A stretch of 64,000 nucleotides of DNA, from NCBI GenBank assembly GCA_035506655.1, contig DATJOZ010000062.1, forward strand, positions 3,619 through 67,618. The letters run 5' to 3'. Positions 7,899 through 17,817 of the stretch are shown in pieces. How positions within the stretch are numbered: the stretch's first letter is position 1; every line of letters begins with the position of its first letter. The notes below the pieces were generated by a model. It ran no database searches. It was not told the DNA's origin and worked only from the letters and a program-made list of their open reading frames with translations. The stretch is from Gaiellaceae bacterium. Lineage in GTDB: Bacteria; Actinomycetota; Thermoleophilia; Gaiellales; Gaiellaceae. The position numbers and the translations under genes were made by a program.

Positions 7899-8920
7899 GG
7901 CACGACCACCGCGCGTCCGAGGACCGCTCCGTCGCGCAGCCGCCGGTAGCCGTCGAGCGCCTCGTCGAGACGCAACTGCTCGGTCTCGATCTCGAGCACG
8001 CCCGCGCGGGCGAGCGCGACCACTTCGTGCAACTCGGGCAGCGTCCCCCACGACGGCCTGCTCGCCGACGCCTCGTACGGCACCTTCCCGAACCCGATCG
8101 GGATCGCGCCGCCGCCGAGCCCGACCATGCTCACGTGACCGCCGATCGCGACGACCGACGCGGCGAGCTGCGCGGTCGAGTCGGAGCCGACGAAGTCGAG
8201 CACGAGCGCCGCGCCGGCCGAGCCTGTCTCCGCGCGGACGTCGCCGGGCTCGAGGCCGTTCGCGTCGAGCGCGGCGTGCGCGCCGGCGCCGAGCGCGACG
8301 CGGCGTGCGTCCTCCCGCATGTCGATCGCGACGATGCGCGCCGGCGTCAGTTCGCGCAGGAGCTGGACGGCGACGTGCCCGAGCCCGCCGACGCCGATGA
8401 CGACGGCGGTCGAGCCCGGGCGAAGCCGGTGCTGCTCGGTCGTGATCGCGTGGTACGGGGTCAGCGCCGCGTCGGTGAGCGGCGCGGCGTGCACCGGGTC
8501 GAGGTTGCCGATCGGCACGAGCAGCCGCGGCGAGGGAACGACGAGGTACTCGGCGAGGCCGCCGTCGAGCCCGAGGCCGCACCCTCCCGCCTGCCGGTGG
8601 GCGCACAGGTTCTCCGCTCCGCGGGCGCAGTCCGCGCACACGCCGCAGCCCCACGGGCCGTAGACGAGGACGGCGTCGCCCTCGGCGAACGCGGTCACCC
8701 CCGCGCCGAGCGCGGCGACGACGCCGGCGGTCTCGTGGCCGAGCGTGAACGGCAGCGTCCACGGCAGCGTCCCCTCGGGCCACTCCATCAGATGGAGATC
8801 CGAGTGGCAGAGCCCGGCCGCGGCGACCTTGACCAGCACCGCGCCGGGGCCGGGCTCGGGCACTTCGACTTCGCGCAGCTCCGGCTCCGCCTCCCAGCGG
8901 ACGAGTTGGACCGCGTGCAT
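7895..8920 (-). CDS. Zn-dependent alcohol dehydrogenase (MDR family)
   Basis: GLCHSDLH, GHETAGVV, the structural-Zn loop GPWGCGVCADCARG and the Rossmann motif GVGGLGH are present. Confidence 0.9.
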   Translation of the reverse strand: MHAVQLVRWEAEPELREVEVPEPGPGAVLVKVAAAGLCHSDLHLMEWPEGTLPWTLPFTLGHETAGVVAALGAGVTAFAEGDAVLVYGPWGCGVCADCARGAENLCAHRQAGGCGLGLDGGLAEYLVVPSPRLLVPIGNLDPVHAAPLTDAALTPYHAITTEQHRLRPGSTAVVIGVGGLGHVAVQLLRELTPARIVAIDMREDARRVALGAGAHAALDANGLEPGDVRAETGSAGAALVLDFVGSDSTAQLAASVVAIGGHVSMVGLGGGAIPIGFGKVPYEASASRPSWGTLPELHEVVALARAGVLEIETEQLRLDEALDGYRRLRDGAVLGRAVVVP

Positions 8921-10222
8921 TCAGGCGTCGACCGTGACCGTGTCGAGCAGCGAGGCGAACTTGCGCAGTGCCGCCTCGCGCCGTGCCGGCACGTACTCCG
9001 TCGGGATCTCGTCCTCCGGCGCGTCGTACGCCTTCAGGATCTGCCGTGCGACCGACTCGCGGTGCACCTCGTCGGCGCCGTCGACGAACCGTGCGTGCCG
9101 CGCGTAGCGGTAGAGCTTCTCGAGCGGCATGTCGGTCGAGTAGCCGAGCCCGCCGTGCGCCTGGAGCGCGCGGTCGACGACGTCGTGGAGCACCTGTGCG
9201 CCGAAGAACTTGATCAGCGAGACGTCCATCCGCGCCGCGCTCGAGCCGTAGGTGTCGATCTTCCACGCGGCGTGAAGCGTCATCAGCCGCGCCGCCTGCA
9301 TCTGCGCCGCGGAGTCGGCGATCCAGTTCTGCACCGTCTGCTTGTCGGCCAGCACGCCTCCGCGTACCGGCCGGTAGAGCGACCGCTCGCAGAGCATGTC
9401 GAAGGCGCGCCGCGCGACGCCGAGCCAGCGCATGCAGTGATGGATCCGCCCCGGCACGAGCCGGTGCTGGGCGATCAGGAACCCGTCGCCCTCCTCGCCG
9501 AGAAGCGCGTCGGGACCGAGCCGGACGTTCTCGTAGAGGATCTCCGTGTGCCCGCCGAGCATCCCGAAGTGCTGGCCGGGATGTTCCATGTTCGGCACGT
9601 CGCGGACGAGCGTCACGCCCGGGGTGTCGACCGGGACGATGAACATCGACGCGCGCCGGTGCGGCTTCGCGTCCGGATCGGTGACGGCCATGACGACGAG
9701 GAAGTCCGCGATCGACCCGTTCGACGTGAACCACTTGTGCCCGTCGAGGATGTAGCCGTCGCCGTCGCGGACGGCCCGCGTCCGGAGCTGGGTCGGGTCG
9801 GAGCCCGGCGTCTCGGGCTCCGTCATCGAGAACGCGGACTTGAGCTCGCCCGCCAGGAGCGGATGGAGCCAGCGCTCCTTCTGCTCCGGCGTCCCGGCGA
9901 GCGCGATGATCTCGCTGTTCCCGGAGTCCGGCGCCTGGCAGCCGAATGCGTTCGGCGCGTAGATCGAGGTGCCGAGGATCTCGTTCATCAGCCCGAGCCT
10001 CACCTGGCCGAACCCCTGGCCGCCGAGCTCCGGCGGCAGGTGCGCGGCCCAGAGGCCGCGCTCCTTCACGCGCTCCTGGAGCGGCGCGTAGATGCGGTCG
10101 AGCTCGGCCTGGCCGATCTCGCTCTCGATCGCCTCGATCGGCCAGATCTCCTCGCGGACGAATGCCCGCATCCAGTCGAGGTGCTCCTCGAACCCGGGCT
10201 CGGTTGAAAAGTCCCATCCCAC
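8921..10222 (-). CDS. acyl-CoA dehydrogenase (ACAD10/11-like FadE)
   Basis: 433 aa. GTG start 10222 is preceded by GGGGAGG. FSMTEPETPGSDP and C-terminal FVDGADEVHRESVAR are present. Confidence 0.9.
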   Translation of the reverse strand: MGWDFSTEPGFEEHLDWMRAFVREEIWPIEAIESEIGQAELDRIYAPLQERVKERGLWAAHLPPELGGQGFGQVRLGLMNEILGTSIYAPNAFGCQAPDSGNSEIIALAGTPEQKERWLHPLLAGELKSAFSMTEPETPGSDPTQLRTRAVRDGDGYILDGHKWFTSNGSIADFLVVMAVTDPDAKPHRRASMFIVPVDTPGVTLVRDVPNMEHPGQHFGMLGGHTEILYENVRLGPDALLGEEGDGFLIAQHRLVPGRIHHCMRWLGVARRAFDMLCERSLYRPVRGGVLADKQTVQNWIADSAAQMQAARLMTLHAAWKIDTYGSSAARMDVSLIKFFGAQVLHDVVDRALQAHGGLGYSTDMPLEKLYRYARHARFVDGADEVHRESVARQILKAYDAPEDEIPTEYVPARREAALRKFASLLDTVTVDA

Positions 10223-10236
10223 GGTCGGCCTCCCCG

Positions 10237-10287
10237 CTATCTGAGCAGAATTCAGTTCATTATTCCGCCCACCGGCGGGAGCGTCAA
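10237..10287 (-). promoter_or_regulatory. internal promoter plus motif copy ahead of the ACAD gene
   Basis: Minus strand reads TTGACG (10287-10282), 17 nt, AATAAT (10264-10259), then GAACTGAATTCTGCTCAGATAG (10258-10237), then GGGGAGG and GTG. Confidence 0.5.
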
Positions 10288-10291
10288 GCGC

Positions 10292-11449
10292 TCAGCGGCT
10301 GAGGACGGCGCAGGCACTGACGCCGGGCGCGCCGTAGACGTGCGTGAAGCCCAGTCGGGGCGCGCCGGGAACCTGCCGCTCGCCCGCCTCGCCGCGGAGC
10401 TGGGCGACGATCTCGTAGACCTGGCGGAGCCCCGACGCGCCGACCGGCTCGCCGTTCGCGAGGCAGCCGCCGTCGGTGTTGACGGGGAGGCGGCCGCCGA
10501 TCTCGGTGGCGCCGGTCGCGTACAGCTCGGCCTGCTCGCCGTGGTCGCAGAGGCCGCACTCGGCGAGATGGATCAGCTCGGCGCCCGACTCGGTGTCCTG
10601 CACCTGCGCGACGTCGACGTCTCCGGGCTCCGCGCCGGCGCGCTCGAACGCCTCGCGGGCGGCGTCGACCGACGGCGACGGTGCGATCTCGAGCGGCAGC
10701 GACGGGCTGAAGACCTCGAACGACCCGGGCCGGCGCGTGCGGAACGCGACCGACCGCAGCCAGACCGGCCGCGCGTCCGGCAGACGGTCGAGGTAGTCGC
10801 GCCGGCAGACGACGAGCGCCGCCGCGCCCTCACCCGGCGAACAGAGCATGTACTGCGTCAGCGGATGCGCGAGCACGCGCGCTCCGAGGATCTCCTCCGT
10901 CGACATCGGCGTTCGGCGCCACGCGTGCGGCGTGATCGACCCGTTGCGGTACGCCTTCTCCGCGACCTGCGCGAGCGCGCGCTCCGGGATCCCGTGGTCG
11001 TGCATGTAGCGCTGGAGCTTCGCGCCGAAGAACTGCGTCGTCACCATCAGGCCGTCCTCGCCGTACCACGCCGGCAGCGACCAGTCGGCCGGGTCGTTCT
11101 GGAAGGCGCCGCGCGGATGCTTGTCGAAGCCGACGACGAGCCCGACGTCGTGCGCGCCGGACTCGAGCGCGCGCACCGCCGAGACGAGCGAGGAGCCGCC
11201 GGTCGCGCAGCCGTTCTTCACGTTGACGAACGGGAGCCCGGTCGGCCCGAGATCCGCGACCATCGTGTCAGCGTTGCCCGCGTCCTCGCTGCCGCCGTAG
11301 GCGAACTGGATCTCGGGCCACGCGACGCCGGCGTCCGCGAGCGCGGCGCGCACCGCCGCGACGCCCATCGCGAGCCCGCTCACGCCTTCGTGCCGGCCGA
11401 ACGGATGGATCCCGGCGCCGACGATCGCGATCTCGGGCGGCTCACTCAT
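10292..11449 (-). CDS. SCP-x-type thiolase-like protein (lipid-transfer-protein family), Cys-containing
   Basis: 385 aa with NVKNGCATGG and NTDGGCLANGEPVGASG. It is partnered with the DUF35 gene immediately upstream. Confidence 0.88.
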   Translation of the reverse strand: MSEPPEIAIVGAGIHPFGRHEGVSGLAMGVAAVRAALADAGVAWPEIQFAYGGSEDAGNADTMVADLGPTGLPFVNVKNGCATGGSSLVSAVRALESGAHDVGLVVGFDKHPRGAFQNDPADWSLPAWYGEDGLMVTTQFFGAKLQRYMHDHGIPERALAQVAEKAYRNGSITPHAWRRTPMSTEEILGARVLAHPLTQYMLCSPGEGAAALVVCRRDYLDRLPDARPVWLRSVAFRTRRPGSFEVFSPSLPLEIAPSPSVDAAREAFERAGAEPGDVDVAQVQDTESGAELIHLAECGLCDHGEQAELYATGATEIGGRLPVNTDGGCLANGEPVGASGLRQVYEIVAQLRGEAGERQVPGAPRLGFTHVYGAPGVSACAVLSR

Positions 11450-11834
11450 CGACGGGGGCGAACGCGAACGTGACGCGGTCGCCGCGCTCGAGCGCGACCA
11501 CCTCCACCGGCATCCCGATCCGGAGACGCCCCGGATCCGGCTCGGTCAGCCGGCCCTCGACGCGGAGAAGCCCGTCGAACTCGACGTAGCCGACCGCGAA
11601 CGGGGCGAACTCGTCGCCCGGGTCGGGGAGGTACGGGGGCGCCGGCGGCTCGAAGCCCTGCGTCGTCCAGGTCCAGAGCGTCCCACGCGGCGGCAGCAGG
11701 ACGCGCTCGAGATCGCCGCCGCAGGCGGGACAGCGCGCGCGAAGCGGGAACGTGACGCCGCCGCAGTCCCCGCAGCGGCCGGCCTCGAGACGCGGCGGAC
11801 CGTCGCCGAGCTCGAGCGGCGACGCCGCGCTCAC
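11442..11834 (-). CDS. DUF35 OB-fold/zinc-ribbon protein
   Basis: GTG 11834 overlaps the upstream stop (GTGA). It has the ribbon CGDCGG...CPACGG followed by an OB-fold-like C-terminus. It overlaps the thiolase-like start by 8 nt. Confidence 0.8.
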   Translation of the reverse strand: MSAASPLELGDGPPRLEAGRCGDCGGVTFPLRARCPACGGDLERVLLPPRGTLWTWTTQGFEPPAPPYLPDPGDEFAPFAVGYVEFDGLLRVEGRLTEPDPGRLRIGMPVEVVALERGDRVTFAFAPVDE

Positions 11835-13477
11835 GTCAGGACTTCGCGCCTGTAGACGATCCCCGCCTGCTCGCGGTCCCACGTCGTGGGCGTCACGCCC
11901 GCCTCGCGAAGCTCGGCCTTCTTCAGCTTGTGCGAGTCGGTTCGCGGCAGGGCATCGGCAAACTCGACGAACCGCGGCACCCAGTGGCGCGGCATGCGCT
12001 TCGAGAGATAGTCGACGAGGTCGACCGGATCGAGCGCCGCGCCGTCCTCGAGCACGACGACGACCATCACCTCCTCGTCCTCGACGTCCTCGTCGACGCT
12101 CGGGTTCTTGACCGCGATCGCGGCCGCCTCCTTCACGAGCGGATGGCTGACGACCTCGGCCTCGACCTCGAACGACGAGATGTTCTCTCCGCGCCGTCGG
12201 ATCACGTCCTTCATCCGGTCGAGGAAGAAGAAGTTGCCGGCCTCGTCCTGGGTGAACTGGTCGCCCGTGTGGAACCAGCCGTTGCGCCACGCGTTCGCGG
12301 TCGCCTCGGGCATGTTCTTGTAGCCGGAGTTGATCATCCAGGGAAGGGAGTGGCGCGCGATCAGCTCGCCCGGCGTGCCGACCGGGACCGGGACGTCGTG
12401 CTCGTCCACGAGCCGCAGCTCGTAGTGCTCGGGGTTCGCCGCGCGGCCGCAGCTGCGCTCGTCCTCCGGGTTCAGGCCCGAGACGATCGGCACGGGAACC
12501 TCGCTCATGCCGTACGCCGTGTAGAGCGAGACGCCGTAGCGCTCGGCGAACTCGTTCGCGCGCAGCAGCGGCCCCATGTAGACCGTCCGCAGCGGGTTGT
12601 CCGCGTCGTCCGGCGACGGCGGCCGGTCGAGCATGACGCTGACCATGCCGTGGATCAGGATCGTGATCGTCGCCTCGTAGCGGCGCACGTCGTCCCAGAA
12701 CGTCTTCGTGCTGAAGCCGCCCGGGTACGCGACCGAGCCGCCGGCGAGAAGCATGGAGTACGTGATGCCGGTGCCCGCCGTGTAGGACATCGGCAGCGGC
12801 TGCATGTAGCGGTCGGTCTCGTCGACGAACGGCGCGATGAAGCAGTTGGCGTAGTTCCAGAATGCGGCGTGCGCGGCGCGGACGCCCTTCGACGGGCCGG
12901 TCGTCCCGGAGGTGTAGATCAGGCTGAGGTCGTCCCACGGCTCGACCGGCCGGGGCAGCGACGGGCGCTCCTCGGAGGCGCCGTCGAGGAGCTCCTCCAG
13001 CGCGATCGTCCGCCACGGGAGCTCGACCTCCGCGTCGCCGCCGACGAGGACGACCGTCTCGAGCGCGGGAAGGTCGAGCCCGGCGAGGCGCTCGACGAGA
13101 CCGCGGTGCGCGATCAGCACCTTCGACTCCGCGATGCGGATCGTGTGCTCGAGGTAGCTGCCGCGCGCCGAGAGGTTGAGCGGCGCGTACACCGCGCCGG
13201 CGGCGTTCGTGCCGAACCAGGCGCGCAGCACGTCCGGGCTCGTCGGCACCCACACCGAGACGTAGTCGCCCATCTCGATCCCGCAGTGCTCCCGCAGGCC
13301 GTTCGCCGTCCTCCACGCCTCGCGCGCCGCGTCGCCGCAGGTCCACGTCTCGTCCTCGAACAGCAGCAGCGGCATCTCCGGCGTGGCGGCCGCGCGCTTC
13401 GCGAGCAGCTCGGGAAGAACGCATTCCTCCCGGGTCGGGAAGCGGAGTTCGGCGGTCGGTGTCGGGCTCGAGGGCAT
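11831..13477 (-). CDS. AMP-forming acyl-CoA synthetase
   Basis: 548 aa with IYTSGTTGPSKGV, YGMSE, HTGD and C-terminal PRTDSHKLKK. Confidence 0.9.
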   Translation of the reverse strand: MPSSPTPTAELRFPTREECVLPELLAKRAAATPEMPLLLFEDETWTCGDAAREAWRTANGLREHCGIEMGDYVSVWVPTSPDVLRAWFGTNAAGAVYAPLNLSARGSYLEHTIRIAESKVLIAHRGLVERLAGLDLPALETVVLVGGDAEVELPWRTIALEELLDGASEERPSLPRPVEPWDDLSLIYTSGTTGPSKGVRAAHAAFWNYANCFIAPFVDETDRYMQPLPMSYTAGTGITYSMLLAGGSVAYPGGFSTKTFWDDVRRYEATITILIHGMVSVMLDRPPSPDDADNPLRTVYMGPLLRANEFAERYGVSLYTAYGMSEVPVPIVSGLNPEDERSCGRAANPEHYELRLVDEHDVPVPVGTPGELIARHSLPWMINSGYKNMPEATANAWRNGWFHTGDQFTQDEAGNFFFLDRMKDVIRRRGENISSFEVEAEVVSHPLVKEAAAIAVKNPSVDEDVEDEEVMVVVVLEDGAALDPVDLVDYLSKRMPRHWVPRFVEFADALPRTDSHKLKKAELREAGVTPTTWDREQAGIVYRREVLT

Positions 13478-13493
13478 CGGTGTCTTGCTTACT

Positions 13494-13537
13494 GAACTGA
13501 AGTCGCTTAAGCTACTGCGTCACAGCCCCGCTGTCAA
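13494..13537 (-). promoter_or_regulatory. promoter plus motif for the acyl-CoA synthetase operon
   Basis: Minus strand reads TTGACA (13537-13532), 17 nt, TAGCTT (13514-13509). The plus-strand motif is GAACTGAAGTCGCTTAAGCTA (13494-13514). Confidence 0.55.
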
Positions 13538-13543
13538 TCTCCG

Positions 13544-14551
13544 ATGGGAATCTCCGACCCCGCTCCCGCCCAGCTTCTCATCCCCGTCCCGTTCCTCGGC
13601 ACGGTCAACCTCTGGCTGCTCCGGGGCGACCCGCTGACGCTCGTGGACACCGGGCCGAGGAGCGACGAGGGGCTGTGGGCGCTCGAGCGGCAGCTCCGGG
13701 ACCACGGGGTCGCGCTCGAGGATCTCGAGCTGCTCCTCCTCACGCACCATCACCTCGACCACACCGGCCTCGCCGGCCGGATCAGGGAGCGGTCGGGCGC
13801 ACGCGTCGCCGCCCTCGACGCGACCGCCGCCTGGGGGGTCGGCTACCACCGGCGGGCCGCCGCCGAGCGCCGCTTCACGGAGACGCTGCTCGCCGCGCAC
13901 GGAGTCCCGGCCGCGTGCATCGCCGACGCCGAGCCGTTCTGGGAGCACATCGTCCGCGGCAGCGCCGACTACGAGACCGACGTCGTGCTGCACGACGGCG
14001 ACACGATCGACGCGGGCGGCAGGACGCTCCGGGTGGTGCACCGGCCCGGCCACAGCACGACGGACACGCTCTTCGTCGACGACGACGCGAACGAGGCGAT
14101 CGTCGGCGACCACCTCCTCGCCACGATCACGTCGGGCGCGGAGACGACGGAGTCCGACCTCCCCGCCGGCGGACGGCGGCGCGCCCTGTTCGACTACCTC
14201 ACCGGGCTTCGGCTGACCGCGGCGATGAATCTCGACCGGTGCTTCACCGGGCACGGAGCCGTCATCCGCGACCCGGCGACGCTGATCGACGAACGCTTCG
14301 CGTTCCACTCCGCGCGCCTCGACCGGATCACCGAGATCGTCGAGCGCGGAGCCGACACGGCGTTCGCGATCGCGGAAGGCCTGTGGTCCGAGGAGGTCGC
14401 CGCGACCCAGACCGTGCTCGCGATCTGGGAGGTGCTCGGGCATCTGGACATCCTCGTCAACCGGGGCACGCTCACCGAGGACGTCGATCCGAGCGGCGTG
14501 CACTCCTTCCATCCGACTGGAGCTCTGAGAATTGCGACAGCAAACCGCTGA
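13544..14551 (+). CDS. MBL-fold metallo-hydrolase
   Basis: 335 aa with the THHHLDHTG metal-binding motif and later His/Asp ligands (HRPGHS). Confidence 0.85.
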   Translation: MGISDPAPAQLLIPVPFLGTVNLWLLRGDPLTLVDTGPRSDEGLWALERQLRDHGVALEDLELLLLTHHHLDHTGLAGRIRERSGARVAALDATAAWGVGYHRRAAAERRFTETLLAAHGVPAACIADAEPFWEHIVRGSADYETDVVLHDGDTIDAGGRTLRVVHRPGHSTTDTLFVDDDANEAIVGDHLLATITSGAETTESDLPAGGRRRALFDYLTGLRLTAAMNLDRCFTGHGAVIRDPATLIDERFAFHSARLDRITEIVERGADTAFAIAEGLWSEEVAATQTVLAIWEVLGHLDILVNRGTLTEDVDPSGVHSFHPTGALRIATANR

Positions 14552-14573
14552 GACCGTGAGCAAGGAGGAGCGT

Positions 14574-15419
14574 GTGTCACCCCGGCCGGAACCGCCGTAC
14601 GACCGCTTCGACCTGACCGGACGCGTCGCCCTGATCACGGGCGGGACACGCGGCCTCGGGCGCGCGATCATCCGAACGCTCGCGCAGGCCGGCGCCGACG
14701 TCGTCGTCTCGAGCCGGAAGCAGGAGGCCTGCGACGAGGCGGCGGAGGAGGCGCGCAGCGTCGGCCGCCGCGCATTCGCGCGGGCGTGTCACGTCGGCCG
14801 CTGGGAGGAGATCGACGAGCTCGTCGACGCGGCCTACGCGGAGTTCGGGCGCATCGACGTCCTCGTCAACAACGCCGGCATCGCGCCCACGTACCCGGAC
14901 GCGCAGAGCGTCACCGAGGAGCTCTGGGACAAGGTGATCGCCGTGAACCTGAAGGGCCCGTTCCGGCTCACCGCGCTCGTCGGCTCGCGGATGGCTGCAG
15001 GCGACGGCGGCTCGATCGTCAACATCACCTCGATCGGCGCCGTGCGGCCGACGCACGACATCCTCGTCTACGCGGCGGCGAAGGCGGGGCTGAACGCGCT
15101 GACGCTCGGGTTCGCCGACACGTTCGGCCCGAAGGTGCGCGTGAACGCGGTCATGCCCGGGCCGTTCCTGACGGACATCTCCCGCGAGTGGAACCACGAC
15201 GCGTTCGCCGAGCGTGCGCGCACGTTTCCGCTGCGCCGCGCGGGTGTGCCGGAGGAGCTCGCGTCGGCCGTCCTCTACTTCGCGAGCGACGCGTCGAGCT
15301 TCACGACGGGCTCCGTGCTCGCCGTGGACGGCGGCGCGCAGTGGAGCCTCGCCGGCGGCGGCGACCAGGCGGCCGAGTACGGCAAGAGCCTCTACGAGGG
15401 CAAGAAGGACTGGGCCTGA
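14574..15419 (+). CDS. short-chain dehydrogenase/reductase
   Basis: GTG 14574 lies 5 nt after AAGGAGGAG. Motifs TGGTRGLG, NNAG and YAAAKAG are present. Confidence 0.88.
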   Translation: MSPRPEPPYDRFDLTGRVALITGGTRGLGRAIIRTLAQAGADVVVSSRKQEACDEAAEEARSVGRRAFARACHVGRWEEIDELVDAAYAEFGRIDVLVNNAGIAPTYPDAQSVTEELWDKVIAVNLKGPFRLTALVGSRMAAGDGGSIVNITSIGAVRPTHDILVYAAAKAGLNALTLGFADTFGPKVRVNAVMPGPFLTDISREWNHDAFAERARTFPLRRAGVPEELASAVLYFASDASSFTTGSVLAVDGGAQWSLAGGGDQAAEYGKSLYEGKKDWA

Positions 15420-16228
15420 CGGCGACGCGGTTCTCCCTGCCGACGCTGAACTGGCTCGACTTCCCGAACGGCGCCGACCCGGTGCCGCTCTGGCCGCTCG
15501 CGGACGTGCTCGACGCGGCGCCGGCCGCGGGCTTCCGCGACGTCGGCCTCGACGACCTCACGATCGTGGGGGCGGCCCCCGGAGACGTGGCGACGCTGCT
15601 CCGCGCCCGCGGCCTCTCGTGCACGGACGTCGGCGTCCTGCGCGTCGGCGCCGGCGACGTCCGCCCGCAGGCCGAGGCGCTCGCCGAGCTCGCGTCGGCG
15701 ACCGGCGCCGGCATCTGCATCGCGGCGCTGTACACGCAGACGCCGGAGGAGGCGCTGCCGGACCTGCGGACGGGCGCGGCGATCCTCGCCGATGCGGGAG
15801 TCCGCACCGCGCTCGAGTTCGCGCCGTACGGCGGACTGCAGACGCTCGCGGACGCGGTCGACGTCTGCGCCGAGATCGGTTGGGAGCGATGCGCGCTCCT
15901 CGTCGACAGCTGGCACTTCTTCCGGAGCGACGAGCCGTGGCCGCTTCTGCGCTCGCTCGACGCGGACGCGATCGCACTCGTGCACGTCAACGACGCGCCG
16001 GAGCCGGAGCACGACCTCGTCCACGAGAGCCGCTCCCGGCGTGTTCCGCCCGGCGCCGGGACGTTCCCGCTCGACGACTTCGCCGACGCGCTCGAGGCGA
16101 TCGGCTACGACGGCGTCGTGAGCGTCGAAGTGCTGTCGGCCGAGCTTCGTCGACGGCCTCCCGCCGAGGGCGCGCGGGAGCTGTTCGACTCGCTGGAGCG
16201 CTTCCGGTCGGTCCGCCGAGTACTGTAG
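15416..16228 (+). CDS. sugar-phosphate isomerase/epimerase-type (xylose-isomerase-like) TIM-barrel protein
   Basis: The coding-looking frame begins directly at the SDR stop. The only in-frame start candidate there is CTG 15416 (CTGA overlap). LEFAPYG, VDSWHFF and VHVNDA are typical of the AP-endonuclease-2/XylA-like fold. The start is uncertain. Confidence 0.7.
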   Translation: MTATRFSLPTLNWLDFPNGADPVPLWPLADVLDAAPAAGFRDVGLDDLTIVGAAPGDVATLLRARGLSCTDVGVLRVGAGDVRPQAEALAELASATGAGICIAALYTQTPEEALPDLRTGAAILADAGVRTALEFAPYGGLQTLADAVDVCAEIGWERCALLVDSWHFFRSDEPWPLLRSLDADAIALVHVNDAPEPEHDLVHESRSRRVPPGAGTFPLDDFADALEAIGYDGVVSVEVLSAELRRRPPAEGARELFDSLERFRSVRRVL

Positions 16229-16235
16229 AAATGAA

Positions 16236-16931
16236 GTGAGTTCTCAACAGAGGAGCGACGCAGGCGTGGCACAGGCGAAGACGACGAGACGGCCGAGGGC
16301 GAAGCCCGGCGTGAAGCGCGAGCGGATCCTCGAGGTCGCGATCGAGGCGTTCGGCCGCTACGGGTACGAAGACGCGAAGTGGGCCGACATCGCCTCGGCG
16401 GTCGAGATCGGGCCGACGGCGCTCTACCACTACTTCGAGTCGAAGCAGCACTGCCTGTACGAGATCATGGGCCAGACCGTCGCCGACTTCCAGGCGCGGT
16501 TCGACCGGATCACCGCCGCCAACGCCGACGACTGGAACGAGGCGCTCGTCGAGCTGCTCGTCGACGCGTTCGACCTCACGGAGCAGGAGATGCTCCGTAA
16601 CCGGGTCCTCGTGGCGGAGCAGGGTCTGATCGGGATCCACCGTACGGCGCCGCGCGAGGAGGCCGCACGCGAGATCGCGAGGACGCGCACCCGCGACCTC
16701 GAGTTCGCCTGGGGCACGTTCCTCGCCCGCGGGATGCAGCAGGGCCACCTGCCCGAGAACGACCCGCAGCTCCTCGCCCGCGCGCTCCTCGGCCTGTCGA
16801 ACAGCGTCTGGCACTGGTACCGGCCGGGCGGGACGCTCGAGCTGCGCGACGTCGCCCGCTTCTTCGTCGCGCGGCAGCTTGCAATGCTCGGCTGCCCGCC
16901 CGAGCTCGCGGACGCGAAGTTCGCGGACTAG
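16236..16931 (+). CDS. TetR-family transcriptional regulator (paralogue 1)
   Basis: HTH region ILEVAIEAFGRYGYEDAKWADIASAVEIGPTALYHYFESKQHCL. 231 aa. Confidence 0.85.
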   Translation: MSSQQRSDAGVAQAKTTRRPRAKPGVKRERILEVAIEAFGRYGYEDAKWADIASAVEIGPTALYHYFESKQHCLYEIMGQTVADFQARFDRITAANADDWNEALVELLVDAFDLTEQEMLRNRVLVAEQGLIGIHRTAPREEAAREIARTRTRDLEFAWGTFLARGMQQGHLPENDPQLLARALLGLSNSVWHWYRPGGTLELRDVARFFVARQLAMLGCPPELADAKFAD

Positions 16932-16932
16932 C

Positions 16933-17730
16933 TCAGGTCCCGGTCCAGACCGGCTCGCGCTTCTCGAGGAACGCCGCGACACCCTCGGCGGCGTCGTTCG
17001 AGTTGAGCGTGACGCCGACGGCGAGGCGCTCCATGACCATGAGCGTCGCCGTGTCGGAGTCGAGGCTCTTGTTCAGCGTCATCTTCGTGATCGCCATCTG
17101 GAACGGGCTCTTGTCCGAGAACTGGGCGACGAACCGGTCGACGCAGTCGTCCAGCTCGTCGGCGGGGGCGCAGTCGTTCACGAGCCCCCACTCCTTCGCC
17201 TCGATGCCGGTGAGCAGCTTGCCGGAGAGCATCAGCTCCTTCGCCTTGCGCTCGCCGAGGATCCGCGGCAGCCGGTAGATCGGGCCGGCGCCTCCGAACA
17301 GCGCGCGGCGCATGTGGAAGTCGCCGATCAGCGCGTCCTCGGACGCGATCGCGAAGTCGCAGTTGATCATGATCTCGAACCCGCCGGCAGTCGTGTGGCC
17401 CTCGAGGACGCAGACCGACGGCTTGCGCGAGTTGAAGATCGAATCGAGGATGCGGGCGGAGCGCTGCGCGATCTCGAGCGCGTACGTCTGCCCGATGAAG
17501 TCGCTCTGGAGCTCGTCGAGGTCGAACCCCGAGCAGAAGGTCCCCTCGCGGCCGCGGAACACCATCACCCGCACCTCGTCGTCGGCCTCGGCGCGCCGGA
17601 CGGCGTCGTCGAGCTCCTGCAGGAGCTGCTGGCTGACCGAGTTGCGCTTGTGCGGCCGATTGAGCCAGATTCGCGCGACGTGGCCGTCGACCTCGTACTG
17701 GATCGGCTCGACTTCGACTGCACCGGCCAT
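16933..17730 (-). CDS. enoyl-CoA hydratase/isomerase (crotonase)
   Basis: 265 aa with FCSGFDL and GHTTAGGFE. A GGAGGG RBS is present. Confidence 0.9.
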   Translation of the reverse strand: MAGAVEVEPIQYEVDGHVARIWLNRPHKRNSVSQQLLQELDDAVRRAEADDEVRVMVFRGREGTFCSGFDLDELQSDFIGQTYALEIAQRSARILDSIFNSRKPSVCVLEGHTTAGGFEIMINCDFAIASEDALIGDFHMRRALFGGAGPIYRLPRILGERKAKELMLSGKLLTGIEAKEWGLVNDCAPADELDDCVDRFVAQFSDKSPFQMAITKMTLNKSLDSDTATLMVMERLAVGVTLNSNDAAEGVAAFLEKREPVWTGT

Positions 17731-17751
17731 GGAGTTCCCTCCTCGTTTGTT

Positions 17752-17796
17752 GAACTGAAGTTGTTTAAACTAGCACGGCTCTAGCCCGTGAATCAA
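17752..17796 (-). promoter_or_regulatory. promoter plus motif for the crotonase gene
   Basis: Minus strand reads TTGATT (17796-17791), 18 nt, TAGTTT (17772-17767). The plus-strand motif is GAACTGAAGTTGTTTAAACTA (17752-17772). Confidence 0.55.
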
Positions 17797-17817
17797 GACT
17801 AGACGACCGCGATTCAC

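Noticed and set aside
7899-10217. The upstream two-thirds of the 1042-aa ORF 7089..10217, and similar giant ORFs such as 20672..24730, 30357..33314, 2313..4103 and the N-terminal part of 43111..45699.
   Set aside because: Their translations are Arg/Ala/Pro/Gly-rich low-complexity strings. They run off-frame or antisense across genes with clear family motifs. Such open frames are expected in GC-rich DNA. Only the motif-bearing 3' portions were kept as genes.
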